64,000 nucleotides of DNA, taken from assembly GCA_010093815.1 (NCBI GenBank), contig ML996596.1, one strand, 5' to 3'. The notes under the pieces were generated by a model. That model was not told the origin of the DNA. It ran no database searches and worked only from the letters and a program-made list of their open reading frames with translations. Each line of letters starts with the position of its first letter. Within the stretch, counting starts at the first letter, position 1. Position numbers and translations under genes: made by a program. The DNA comes from Pseudovirgaria hyperparasitica (taxonomy: Eukaryota). Shown piece by piece: positions 38,606 through 52,300 of the stretch.

Positions 38606-39988
38606 ATGGCTCTAACTACTCGTCATAACACTCGTGGCACCGCCTCTTATAGTAGACCTTCTCCCAACCTAAACGAGGAGAATAGTCTACCTATAACTAC
38701 CCCTACCGATAACTATACCTTATAGGCTATCGTACCGATAACTCGCACGACATTCCGTATAACTATAGAAGATATTATAGAACACGAGGATGGAGTCTAT
38801 TATACTCTATCTTGGTCTAGTTTAAACTATACTAGACCTAACCTTAACACAAGGCTAGACCTTATTAACGTTAACGAGTTAATCTATTAGAATCGCCTAA
38901 CGTTAACTACACCTTATAATAACGTATATACTAGACTACACGAAGAGAGGTAATAATAGGTTTAACTCGAGTAATAACTATACGAACTCGACGAAGCTTA
39001 AGGACGTACTACGAGACTTAAAGCTACATTACGCGCTTTAGTTCTAGTAATAACTAATCTATATTCACATAGACCTATACCAACTAAAACGATCCATCCT
39101 AGTCTACTACTATCCCAATTACCCCGACCTAAGAAACCACCTTACTTTAATAGTAAAAGTAGAAAGAGTTTCCACGTATAGGCTTACTAATATAGCCGAT
39201 TCTTCTATCTATTCACGAACGACAGCGATAAAATTAGATTCGCCTAGAACTACCTTAACCCGATGCCTTTAGAACGTTAGATGGTATACTAAATTAAACA
39301 TTCTAAGGATGCCCATAACTAGGACACGTTCACCGAATTTCTCCTCTAATATTTTGGCGATAGAGCTAAATAACGCGACTAGGCCTAGGGCCATATCTTC
39401 GAGACTCGATAACGAGATAATTAGTTACCGTTATAACTCCTTAAATACCTTCGGCCCCTCTAGAGAGAAGCCGAAGAAGATTATATAATTCGATAGTATA
39501 ATAACTTTAAACGGTCTCTCGCCCTAAATATAAAGAACCGTCTCGACCTTATAACGATAATCTCTATAGACCTCTAAGCTCTTATAAACCTCGCGGAGCG
39601 ATACTAGCGTATAATAAATAATTAATACCGCGCTAGTACACGACTATCTCTAACGATCTAATCTAATATAAAATCGTCTAACTAAAACTAATTTAGTAAT
39701 AGATCTCGCGGGACATTACGAGGCTACTACCACGCCTTAAATTCAAAACCACGCGGATCGTATCGTGGATCTCCCTACTAATCGATACATCGAGATACGA
39801 GGACCGACTCGCATAAACGACCCAAAGTTACTTACTATACCTATAGTAGAATAGACTATATAGTACCTAAGTACCGTTTAGGGAAGCTACTAAGTGCTAA
39901 CATAACTAACTAACTAGTTATATACTATAAGTGCTAGTAGCTAGGATATATCGCGCCTAACTACCTAGCATAGAATATAAAAAACTAA
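38606..39988 (+). pseudogene. Gypsy-1 gag with two CCHC knuckles
   Basis: ATG at 38606. RIP-reverted CYTC....H....C (~39833) and CYKCQQLGHIAPNC (~39923). Ends at aaaaaacTAA. Confidence 0.75.
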
Positions 39989-42900
39989 TAGCCTATAAGA
40001 AACCCTCGCGACTTATAGGCGCGACTATAATAGAGGGGTAATCCGCTAAATAGTATATCGAACTATAGACTAGACCTATCGAGGTCCCTTATGGATAATA
40101 TTAGACCGTAATACTTAATAGTGGTTTAGCTACTAACGTTATATCGACTTAACGAGCACGAGAACTTAACGTCGATATTTAAGTACTAATAGATACTACC
40201 TTCCATAGTATCGATAGTCCTATTAAATCGCAGGGTACCTATACCATTAAATATAGTATCTAGGACAGCGGGGGGAAGTGGAAACCCTACTACTTAACCT
40301 TTATCATGGTAGATAGTCCCTTTAATATGATCCTCGGTATACCGTAGCTCGAAAAACATAACCCGAAACTAGACTTCATCTAGAAAACAGCTAGCTGGCG
40401 TATATACCTACTATAATGGAATCTAGTATAGCTAGTCGACGACGAATAATTCTAGAAGGACTATGAAAAGGTAATCTCCGCTATCTACGTCCTCTTACTT
40501 ACTTAAAATAGAGAGCTTAGCATTAAAGTAGACGAAAACCTACTACATTAGTATAAAATGTACTAATATGTCGCGTTAGCGATCGACTCGTCCGAATTAC
40601 CTTAATACTAATCTACTAACCTTACTATTAACCTCGAAAACGGTTAATAACCCCTATACGGACCCATCTACCCTCTATTAGAACCCGAGCTATAGTTCCT
40701 CTAAGAATACATTGAAAAGAACCTTACGCGAGGATAGATTAGGCCTAGTATATCCCTAGCCGGAGCTCTAATCCTCTTTATAAAGAAGAAGGATAGGAGT
40801 CTCCGTCTATGTATCGACTACCATAGCCTAAATAATATTATATAAAAGAATCATTACCTACTACCTCTTATCTCCGAGTCTATTAATAGACTAGGGCGCG
40901 TGAAGATCTTTACTAAGCTCGATCTACACGACGCCTACTACCGCCTATATATTAAGAAGGGTAATAAGTAGAAAACGGCGTTTAGGACCCGTTATAGATA
41001 CTTCGAGTATATAGTGGTCCCTTTTAGACTAACTAACGCGCTAGGAACCTTCTAAGCGTACATTAATAACGCGCTAGTAGGCCTACTCGACACGACGTGC
41101 ATCATATACCTCAATAACATCCTTATCTTCTCTAATAATAAAGAAGAACACATCTAGCACGTACACGCAGTCCTAGATAGGCTAGAAAAACATAAGCTAT
41201 ATATTAAGCTATCTAAATACGAGTTCCACTAGGACCACGTTAACTTCCTTAGCTTCGTTATTACTAATTAAGGTATAACCATAGAAAGAGACAGGGTCGC
41301 TACTATCGTGGACTGGCCTAAACTAAAATCGGTTTAAGATATACGTGTCCTTATTAGATTCGCTAATTACTACCGAAAATTCGTTAAGTACTTCTTCTGT
41401 TTAGCCGCACCACTTAATGCGCGTACTACTACCACCGACTCGTCTATTACGGTCTATGGTAGATAGAAACAGCGTAATATTAAATTATAACCTATTAAAT
41501 TAACTAAGGTCGAAAGAACATCCTTCGAGAAGATTAAAGAAGCATTTATAACCGCCCTATTACTAGTGTACTTCGACCTAACCAAACCTATTCGCGTTAA
41601 AACTAATGTATTAGGATTTATAATCTCGGGTATACTCTCCTAGCCTAGACTAATAGAGTCTAAAAAGGTCTAATGGTATCTAGTTACGTTCTTCTTACGC
41701 AAGATAGCCGACGTCGAGACTAGATATACTATTTATAACTAAGAGCTGCTAGTAATAGTAGAGTCGTTCAAGCAGTAGCGACATTATCTTAAAGGTACCA
41801 TATATAACATTAAGTTACTAACTAATTACTATAACTTAAAGGGGTTTATAAGTACGATGGTTTTAAATCGTTAATAGATCTAATAGACTAAGTGGCTTAT
41901 GAACTTTTACTTTATAATCTACCATCGACCTAGAAGTATAAACCTAGCTAATAGAATATTAAGAAGACCTAACTATAAAGAAGGCGCCTAGAATTATAGT
42001 AGCCATAGGGTCCTAGAGTAGCTGTAGGCCTAACTCTTAAGGATGAGGTTAGATTTTAAGTTATTAGGCGATTAGCGAGATACTAACGTTAATGCTAGTA
42101 ATTGAATCTCTAAGACCGAAGCCGGTAACTAAAGACGCGGTACCAAAGTCCCTAGTAGGCCGTTTATTAGCGCTATTAGGAAGGGCGATAATGCCCAGCG
42201 TAAATATCTAATTAACCTCGCCTAGTTAATCGTAGATCTATAGAAGATAGACCCGATAGTTTTAAAGTTATATAAAATATAGTAAGATAGGTTATTACGG
42301 ACTAAAGTAGACTATAAGTAGACCTTCGTAGACGGCTTGCTTTACTACGATAGAAAGTACTATATACTAATAGGTAACGCGCGATTTAACGTAGTTAGCT
42401 AATACCATAACGCGAACCTAGTAGGACACTTTAGGTATGTACGTACCCTAAGCTCAATTCATTAGTACTATTTTTAGGAAGATATACCTAAGTACGTCGA
42501 AGAATAGATAGCTACTTATCCGATTTATTAAAGAACGAAGGCCCCTAGGCATAAGCCATATAGGAATTTATAGCCTCTTTTAGCCCCCCTCTTTATATAG
42601 AAAGACGTTACTATAGATTTTATAGTTAACTTATCTCTAAGCGAGATACTTAGGATAAGTTATAATTCTATTCTTATTATCGTAGATAGACTTATAAAGA
42701 TATCTAGGTACATCCTAGTATAGAAGACGATTACATCTAAAGAACTAGCGTAGATATTCTAGAATAAGATTATTAAGGTCCATGGTATACTAAAAAGGAT
42801 CGTTACGGACCGAGGAAGTACCTTCACGTCTAAATTCTAGACGTTATTCTACGAAATGGCAAGCATAAATAGAAATATATCTATAGCATTTCATCCTTAG

Positions 42901-43830
42901 ACGGATGGCTAGATAGAGCGATAGAACTAGACGCTCGAGGCCTACCTACGCGTATTCTATAATTTCGAGTAGGACGACTAGGCCTCCCTACTAAGTATAG
43001 TAGAGTTCGTATATAATAATAGTCGTTATAGTACGATAGATATTATACCTTTCTAGGCGAACCTCGGACGTAGTCTAAGGATAGGTTTTAAGCCTTAGAC
43101 GGTCTAATTTAATCGAATAATAGACGTGAACGTCCACGCTTAGGAATTAGCGATTAAAATCTTCAAAACCGCACGTAACTATCGCACTATAATCTAATAA
43201 GTAAACGACTCGTATACGAAGTACTATAATAGGTTAGCCAAGGATTAGACGTACGAGGAGGGTGATAAGGTCCTTCTTAACGTCCGTAATATATAAACGT
43301 CGCAAGTAAACAAGAAGCTCGATTATAAAATGGCTAGTCCCTTCCGAATTAAACGTCGTATCGGTATAAGAGTCTACGAGCTCGACTTAGAAAGTAATAT
43401 AAGAATCTATAACGTGTTCCACGTCTTACTACTCGAAAGATTTCGACCTAACGTGTATGGCCGCACGAACGTATAGTTACACTCTATTATACCCTAAGAT
43501 AGACTAGGCGTGTTCGAAGTAGACCATATTATTAAACATAGAATTAATAAAGACGGTGTTTAGAAATATAGAATCCGTTAGAAGGACTACACTAAGGACA
43601 AGGATACCTAGGAACTAGCGGTATATATCTTAAGTTCTATAATAGCTACGTATAAGTAAAAGATATAGAATAGCGTATTATTAATGTAAGTATAGCGACG
43701 TCGCGGTCGTTATAAAAAGAAGAAGGATGCCGTAGAGAACGAAGTGTCGAATTACGAATCCCAAACGCATACTAGGAAAACTCTATAAGGCAGCCCTATA
43801 ATTCAAGCGATACACGGTTACCAAACGCGA
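39985..43830 (+). pseudogene. Gypsy-1 pol (protease-RT-RNase H-integrase-chromodomain); ends approximate
   Basis: LNSG (ancestral LDSG, ~40114), YLNNILI (ancestral YLDD, ~41107), KTNV (ancestral ETDA, ~41598), GHF (~42424), VTDRGS (~42802), FHP.TDG..ER (~42890), FEVDHIIKH..YRIR.KDY..DT.E (43513-43615). Confidence 0.92.
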
Positions 43831-44299
43831 AGAAAACGTAAATAACCGTTATAGGCACGCGACGCGATATATTATAATAGAATAACATAGAGAAGTCTAG
43901 AATAGACTAACATGGACCATTACACACGAGAAGAACATGGGACTAAGAAACCAAAAAGGTACCCCACTACGGAATTGAACTCGTAACATATAATATAAAA
44001 GGTTAGAGTACCCGAACTAATAACTACTAGGCTACTAGTTCGGGTGCTCTAATATAATTTAGAGAGATAAACCAATTTATATACGATGCCTACACTCAAG
44101 TAACTTAAAGGAAATTAGAACCTAAAATTCAATAGTCATAGAACAAACAAGAACGCATATAATATCATTAAGTTAAGAATTAAATTACTAGAAAACTAGC
44201 AGACGGGTATCTAAACGGTCTAAAAAGGACTAAAACGGACAGAAACCAGGTAGATAGAGCCAACACACACTACACAGAAACCCTAGCAAATAGAGTTAT

Positions 44300-45229
44300 A
44301 GAGCTACTCCTCTATCTCATTATTACTCTTAGAGCGTAGCGAACGAACTAACCGAGTAATAGAGCGACGGAGGTTAGAGACCTTATCCTCTAGAGTAACC
44401 ACGCGCTTAGTTAGAGCCTAGTAAGACAACGACTAAGCGCTAGAGCAGAGCGACTAGACCTAAAGTTAGCTAACGCGGTCTAGAATAATCTAGAATAGAA
44501 TATATACCCTCTTACGAGGCGACTTAGAGGGAGAAATAGTAGACCTCTTATAAGATTCGTTAGTAGCGCGAGACGGATAGGGGGGGATAGAGTGAATCCT
44601 CTCTACGGCCTCTATAGCTAGGATAGACTCCCTAGAATAGATAGCCTAGGCGCTAGGGATCTCGCGGCGGCTAGAAAAATCAATAGGTATTAAAAACAAT
44701 TAACGTGCTTATAACTTACACTTTAATAACCTCTAGGAAGAGCTTATAGCGCTCCCTAAACTCCCTCTATATAGTAGGTAGGCGGCTATAAGGACCCCCG
44801 AGGGTCTTACGGACGCGAAGGTCGTTATATATATCTTATATACGCATAGAAATCTAAGAATATATTAGCGCGGACTACTTTAGATTATACTAGATTAAGA
44901 CAGCCTATTATACTTACCTATAGACAAGTCTTACTAGTCACGGTATAGCGGCGGTAGCGGGTAGGGAGCTTAAAGATTAGGCGTATAGGCCCGTCGCGGT
45001 TAGTAGAGTAGTAGCTAATGCTAGAGTTAGAGCGGAAGAGATATTTAGAGCCGGTGGCGTAAGCCTTAATATACTTAAAGCATATCGAACCGTAGTTCGC
45101 CGTTTTCCTATAGCGTAAACCACGACTACGTTTAGTATCTTCGGCGACCTAGGCCTTATTATTACTAGGGCTAGGTTTAGAGCGAATATTAAGGTCCTAA
45201 AAGGACCTAGAGCGACTAAGTTAGTCTAT
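44300..45229 (-). pseudogene. 3' part of an antisense accessory gene in Gypsy-1 (Cys-rich, with introns); end approximate
   Basis: In frame with 56668-57049 once Gypsy-2 and one TSD copy are removed. Intron 44917-44854 reads GTAAGT..GCTAAT..TAG. Confidence 0.65.
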
Positions 45230-45601
45230 TATAGTGAGCTATCGCCACGTGTATCCCTTTTATAAATGGCTATGTTCCTAGTATAGTAGTTGCGACGAAC
45301 TCATAAGTATCTCTCCTAGGTATTATGAGTTCTCTTTGAACGTACGACTTCTTATTAGTTCTCTTTTACGATAGGACGGGTCTATATAATACTCTTAATT
45401 AATTCTTTAATAGCTAAGCCTAATAATTAATACCCATAGAGGCCTATAAACGTAAGGAAAGGTTAAATAGTCGAATATTAGTAATGGGGGAAGCGCGCCG
45501 AGTAGAATGACCAAGGAAAACGCACTCCTTAAATATATAATAAAGCCATGTAATCGAGCTAGGGACATATATATGTGGGGCTATAGGAGCGGCCTTCTAT
45601 A
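45230..45601 (-). repeat. Gypsy-2 3' LTR
   Basis: Direct repeat of 56296-56667. Confidence 0.93.
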
Positions 45602-45799
45602 TATACCTCCCCGGCCTATAGAACTACTACCCTTAGTAGTATAGTAACCGTGTAAGAAACCGTGTAAAGAACGCCTAAAAGAAAGACCTTAATACGAATA
45701 AAATGCGCCCCTAGTAAACCTCTCGGCGCGGGTAAACCTTAGCCTAGATTATTAGTTAAGGGCAGCCCTTAACTAATAATTAGGTAGGTTTTTAGGCGC

Positions 45800-48733
45800 C
45801 TAATCTTAGTACTCGAGGTCGCGAGCCAGCTTCTAAAGAATCGTATCACTTATCTTAGAGAGGTTAGATTCCTTCTCGTCGGATAGTTCGTTAGGCCTCT
45901 CCTATCTATAGAAGTTCTCTTTAACGTTATCTAGGCCCGCGTTAGACTCGAATTTCTTAAAATTAATTAGCCGCTTAGCGGCGCGCGCCTCGTTAAATTC
46001 CTTCTAGAACGACCTATCCCTATAGACCAGCCTTTTCTACCTTACTATTTTCTTAAAGGTCTCCACAAATACCCTCGAGCCCTCCTTAAACTAGGCGTCT
46101 ACCTTAGCTTTAAGTTATTAAGGACTTATATTAAGCTACGCAGCTACCTCTTCTTTTACCTTCTAGCTATTCTATCTTTTACGGCCGACTAATGCGTTAC
46201 TAACGGCGTTAAAACTCGGGAGTTAAACTACGGCTAGGAAGGTAAAAGGAATCGCGCTATATTTATTAGAAAATCCTAACGGAGACGTAGGCCCCGGAGT
46301 TAAATTCCTATAAGCTACTACGAGTTGTTCCTATGTGCCCATTTTAGGCACTTCCATTATCATGTGATTAGGGCCAATCGCGACATACCATGGAAGTATC
46401 GTACGTCTTCCACCCTTTGCGGGACCCTAGGCGCCGTGTATTATTAGTAGGCTAGAGATACGCACTTTAAGGGACTAGTAGGGGACCGGGACGAAGGGAC
46501 TAAATCGTTTCTTATCGTCCGTATTATAGATCTTATTATTAATAGCCGTAATTATACCGTTTCGATTAACCCCCTCGCGGAGCTTAGCCTTCGACTACTA
46601 TTTATTTAAGAACTTATAGAAGCGGGGAACGATTATAGTATAGTCGTTACTTCGTTCGTTGTCGAGACTAATACTCCCCTAGATTATATTAAACCCGTAT
46701 CTATCGCTAGGATTAAGGATTTGATTAATGGCGTTGTCGAGATACTTAAAACCCGTCTTATCGCCCCTATCCTAGGACTTTACATAGTACGGGTACGAGA
46801 TTAGATAGTAGTTAAGATCGGGCCGAAGAGCGATATAGGTGAGCTAGTAAAGTAGGCATTACCTAATAAACTATTAGATATAGGAGTGGTATATAGTTCG
46901 TAGCTAGCCGTAGTTCGATTTCTTATTAAATATACGCTAGTAGTACTTATATATATTAAATTCATCCCTCGCGAGTTCTAGAATACTCTTATTAAGTATA
47001 GAGGTCGTCTTTTTAAGTAGCTCGAAGAGCCCTTTAATATTAACACTTCCGGTACGTTCCTACTCGTCGAAGAGTTATCTATCTATTCTACCATCCTCCT
47101 TCTAAATCATAAATACGATACTAGTAAGGATGGTTTTAATATTAATAACTTACTTCGGGGTCTCTAGGGCCTAGTAATAATAGACACCTAATGCCTCTAT
47201 CGGATAAGGTGGCCGCGCGTACTTCGTGAACCAGGTATAGCGGTCCTTATAAACTTTAAGGGCCCCCACGTTATCTCTAAACTTATATACTATTTTAAGT
47301 CTCGCTACTAGGTTTAAGTAGGACACGCTAACGAGCATATCATTCTTTCTAGCCACGTCTTAGTAATACTTATAGTAGACTTTATACGGAACAGCCATGT
47401 TACCTATCTACGCTTTCTAGCGTACTAGTAGGGCTATTCCCTTAATGCTCGTGAAATTCTTCTTTAATAATGTAGCTACCTTAAAAGTCTTCGTTACTAA
47501 AGGCGTGTATTAATACTTCTTAGGCTCGTCCTCTTCCTCGACCGATACTATCATCTTAGAGTACGAACTAAGAATAACTAGGGATTATCGTGTAGGCGCC
47601 CCTAGTAATTACTAAGGGCCGGTAGATAAGGCATGTCTACGAGTGGGTTTTGTCGGTATAGCTATAATAAGTACTAAAGAGGTTCTCGTATAGCCCGGTA
47701 AGGGACGTATACTAGTAGTAGTAGAAGGAATACTTACTTTAAACGGACGACTAGCTTCGAAGAGATAATATACTACTAAACTAGAAGGCGTGCTTCGTGG
47801 AGGGGACTTCACCATAGGCGTTACCTACGCTGGTTTTAGCGACGGTAAGGTCTAAGGCGGAGGCGATATACTTATCTCTTTGATTTATAGGTAGTATTCG
47901 ACGGGCCTATGAACCATTCTACTTATCCGTAACTATTGACTGGCGGGGATAATAAGTCCCGTCTTATTATGGAACGTTAGTTCATTTTATCGGCTAGGGT
48001 AGTTCGAGAGTTACTAGAGAGATAGACCGTCCTCATTACTATCGCTGGCTAGGGCGGCATCGATATTAGAGCTCTAAAGATATGCCTTGATTCCCCTTCC
48101 CTTCTATCCCTAGCCGATTCGGGACTATAGAGATACGTTTAACTAGTTCCTCGCTCTCGCCCATGTCCGCATTCGTAAGAGCGCTACTAGCTTTTCTATA
48201 AAGTTCTATATTTACTAGAGCTATCCGAGGGCGGATTAGAGTGACTAGCTATTATTATTAGGGAGGTCTTTTCGCTAGTTTTATAGGATTGCATTTTTAG
48301 CTTTTAGAATGCGGGAGTTAGTGTCTCTTCCACAACGAATTATCTCGTGGACTTCTTTCGGAATAGAGGAGTTAATCTTTACCTTACTATACCCTATTAC
48401 GGCTTCTACTTCCTAGAAGAGGTTAACTATACTACTTAAGAGCTATTCTATAAGGCTAGTGATATAAAGGAGATCATTAAACGTGTCTAGAATATAGTCC
48501 TATCGCTCTTGCGGGTCCTAGATGGCGATAATTCGGTTAATGGTGGACTCATTTACTTCTATAGCTTCTATAGCCTATCTATATAGAGTAGTAGATGGCC
48601 TCGATACCACGATAGCCGTCGATAGCCCTACTTTAGCACTCACGACTCTTAACTAGGACCGCGTCTATCTTATTAGTACTTAATAATCTTATAACTCTTT
48701 ACGGGTAGGCGTTTTCTTTTTCGGCGGGGCCAT
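45800..48733 (-). pseudogene. Gypsy-2 extra ORF3 of unknown function; 3' end approximate
   Basis: Starts MAPPKKKTPTRKEL at 48733. Only RIP-type TAA/TAG stops in the N-terminal ~90 codons I translated. The rest was sampled only. Confidence 0.6.
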
Positions 48734-49399
48734 TATTATTATTAGTTCTATCGGCGAGTTACGTTCTAAGGAGAGGTAGTTAAGTAAGGCGGAAGTAGAG
48801 GAGGAGGTTTTATTAATTAAGGAGGTATAGAGAGGTATAAGAGGGAAGAGTTATATACTATCTTAAGTTCTATTTTATGCCTCCTCGAATGCCGGGTATA
48901 TAGTAATTTTTATAAATGATCCTTACTAACGGCCGTAGGCCCGTATACGTGTCGAATCTATAAATGAATATATACTAGGTACATAGGAAATCTATGAATG
49001 AATGTATCTACTAGGTATATGGCGGAATCTATGAATAAATAGATACCGGGTATATTCTCATCCTTATAAGACTTCCTATAAGTATCTTTTTCTTCTATAC
49101 CTCCTCCTTCTTTTCTTCCTTATTAGTTCCTAACGGGGCCCGTTCTATAGTAACGAAATAGGCCTTCGATAGGTGGGCTTCGATTACACGACCGGCTTTA
49201 ATATATAGTAGGTGGAATTCGCGTAAACGCCATTATGTCTTCTTTCGAGCATTGCTTACTTTAATAATAAGTTTTATCATTTTATAGTAATGATAGGGTT
49301 TATTATCCTCTTTTAATGATGGAGTTCATCGTCCTTTTTCGATAATAGAGTTTATCGTTATAAGACTACTTTTATAAGTATCCCTTCCCTCCTTAAAAA

Positions 49400-52300
49400 A
49401 ACTTCTATCCCCTAGAAGGAGATGTCGATTCTAGAGAAACGTAAATATTCTTCTCTATTGAAGTCTTATAGAGTAGAAATTACCACTTCTACCCGGGTTC
49501 GTATAGCGTCGTTAAGGTATTCCGTAAGTTATTTATAATAGTTTTCCTTATCGCTACTCTTCTTATTTTCCTTAGTAATTCTTCTAATTAGTAGTCGCGA
49601 GGGCTCGTCGTAACTCTCGTTACTTATATTTCTTATAAAATATTTCTTTAACCTATGGCTAGGAAACGTCCCTCTAAGCATGGCTCTATTAAGCTCCGCG
49701 AGCTTATAAGTATAATTAAACACGGACTAGATTCTATATGGCCCCCTCTAATGCTACCTTAGCTTCCGCCCTATGTTCTTCTATCGCTACGAGTCGTATA
49801 GAAGGATAATCGTATCGACTAGTAACGACTCTTAACGAAGGTAATGGTCGTTATTCCATGCCTCTCTCGATTCCTTACGCGTTCGTGTCGCGTAGATATA
49901 GGCCTCCTTAAGATCCTCGGATCTTCTCTTAAGTTATCTAGCTCGAAGAGTAAGTAAGTCGGATGTCGATCGCACCTCGTCCTAAGGGAGTATTCGGAGC
50001 GACTCGAATTCGACTTCGATAGGCATGATTAGTTTATAGCTAAGCACGAGGTATATAGTACTATACCCTATACTAGCACGTGTCGTTATTCTATCTACCT
50101 AGATAACCGCATGGAGGTGGCCGGGCTAGTTCTTAAATCCGCTATTAGTTATCTTCGTAAGAGCATTAGCGAGTAGTATAAAACTTCTCTTAATAATTCT
50201 ATTTACTCGGGGATTATATATAGACGTAACCTTCTAATAAATTCTATAGAGTCGGAGGAGCTCCTCTATGGCACCTATATTTTCTCTACCACCATTATAG
50301 GTAATTTTAGGAATGATTCCGTATCTATAGATTACGTTCTTAAAGAGGAACTTTACGACGACTATAGACGTGGCCGCCGTACATGCCTCCGCCTTAGTCT
50401 ATCCGCTTAGCTATTCTCGTATAGATACTACTTTACTATACTCTATAGAAGGTGGTAGCGTCGTTACGTCTAAGTATATTCTTTACTAAAGAATAGACGT
50501 TATAACGTGGTAGAGCCCTTTATTAAGACCTCTAAGAAGTTTACTTTATCGTTAATATTCGTTATAGGTTTTCACGTACTATCGCACGTCTCTACGTATA
50601 TCTACCTACTAATACTTATCCTTAATCCTTCTAAGGGTCCCTTCGCTATCTCTATGATCTATCTTATTATAAGTAGTAGTAATTATACACGCCCTAGTAT
50701 TCGGATCCTTAATTACTCGTGTGTGTTAGCGATACCTATCTTCTCTCTACTAGAGTATTCGGTCACACACGAGGAACTTTAGATAGTTAGTTATAAAGGC
50801 CTTATACGCTCGGTCGGTTAGGTCGGTTAGCCTCTTAAGTATAGTAAGGTACTTCGTAATCCTCTACCATTTATCGCTATATTTATCTATTAAGGGAGAC
50901 TTAATAGCGGTATAGTTGAGTATCCCTATCGTGTAATCTCTCCCGCTAACGGGCTTAATTAACGACGTCTCTAGTACGTCTATATATAGAGCCATATCCA
51001 CGAACTCGTCTAGGTTAAAGGTAGAGACGTCTAGTAGTTCTTCTCCTTCGTATATCCATAAGATACCATCAGCGACTACGTTACGCTTCCTAGGTACGTG
51101 CCTAACTATAAAGTTCTATAGCTAAATCCACGCGAGCCACCTAGTAACGAGCGCCCCTAGTAAGTTAGTTACGGTATAGTTAATTTAAGTAACTAGAGTA
51201 TTCGCGTCTATTTTTATAATAAAGTACGTGCTATAGAGATATTACTAGAACTTCTATAACGCGTGGAGGAGGGCTTAGTACTCTAGCTTCACGGTGTCGT
51301 AGTTTCTGTTAGCTTTTAACTACATTCCTCCATTATACCGCGATAGCTAACGTTTACGATTCTCGTTCTCCTATATTAACGTAGCTCTCTACCTAACGTT
51401 ACTAGAGTCTACTACTAGGATTATGTCTCCCGTACCTATCCTATACCGTAACATTATTAGTATAGGAGTAGTGGTTAGAGCTATCTTTAGCGCGTCCATC
51501 GAGGTCTACTTCTTAGCTATCTACTACTAGACCGATTTATTCTTTAATAGTATAAATAGCGGTAATATAATAATAGCGTACCCGGGGATCTATATCCGGA
51601 AATATATATAAACGCTAAGGAAGGCTCGCACATTCGTCGTGTTTTTATAGGGTTTCTAGTCCCTAATAGTAGTAACCTTTTTATTACTCGGTCGCCTCCC
51701 TTTAATATCGTAGACGTATCCTATAACGTTAGCGGCTTTAACATACTACTAAGTCTTCTTACTACTTAGGGCGTATCCGGCGCGCTCTATATCCGCGAGA
51801 ACCTTATCTATGTTAATTAAATGTTCTAGAATATACCTACGAATTCTAGGCAGGGCCTCCTTAGAGTTATATTTCGTCGTAGGTCCTTTAATATCTAAGT
51901 CATCTAGGAATAGTAGAGCCCTCTCCGGGATGTGTTCTTATATAATAGTTAATATAATTCTAATAAACTAAGCTACTAAATTAGTAGCCCCTTAAGGTAA
52001 TATTATCCCGCGTAGTAATTCTAGGGGCGTTATAAACCCCGTTAAGTCTTAGTAATACTCTACTAATAGAATCTAATTATATCCTAAGAAGAAGTTGGTA
52101 AACGTTAAGACGGCTATCCCCGTAAAGTGCTCCGAGAACTCTTTACACGAGGGCGGCGTGGCCGTATTACGAATAGTGACTCGGTTAATTTCTATCGCCG
52201 AATTGATTAACCTATAATCTCGTTCCTTATTAGCTTCCTTCTTCTTTTCCACGAGAAAATAGGCGTTTTAATAAGGACTACTATAGGGCTCGAGCCTTCC

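Noticed and set aside
43785..43801. tataaggcagccctata as a further palindrome copy in Gypsy-1
   Set aside because: Only the GGCAGCCC core matches and the arms do not, so it could be chance.
45221..45229. Reconstructed Gypsy-2 target ttagtcta-tat-tagactaa is palindromic
   Set aside because: A single event, and RIP-generated TA richness readily produces such symmetry.
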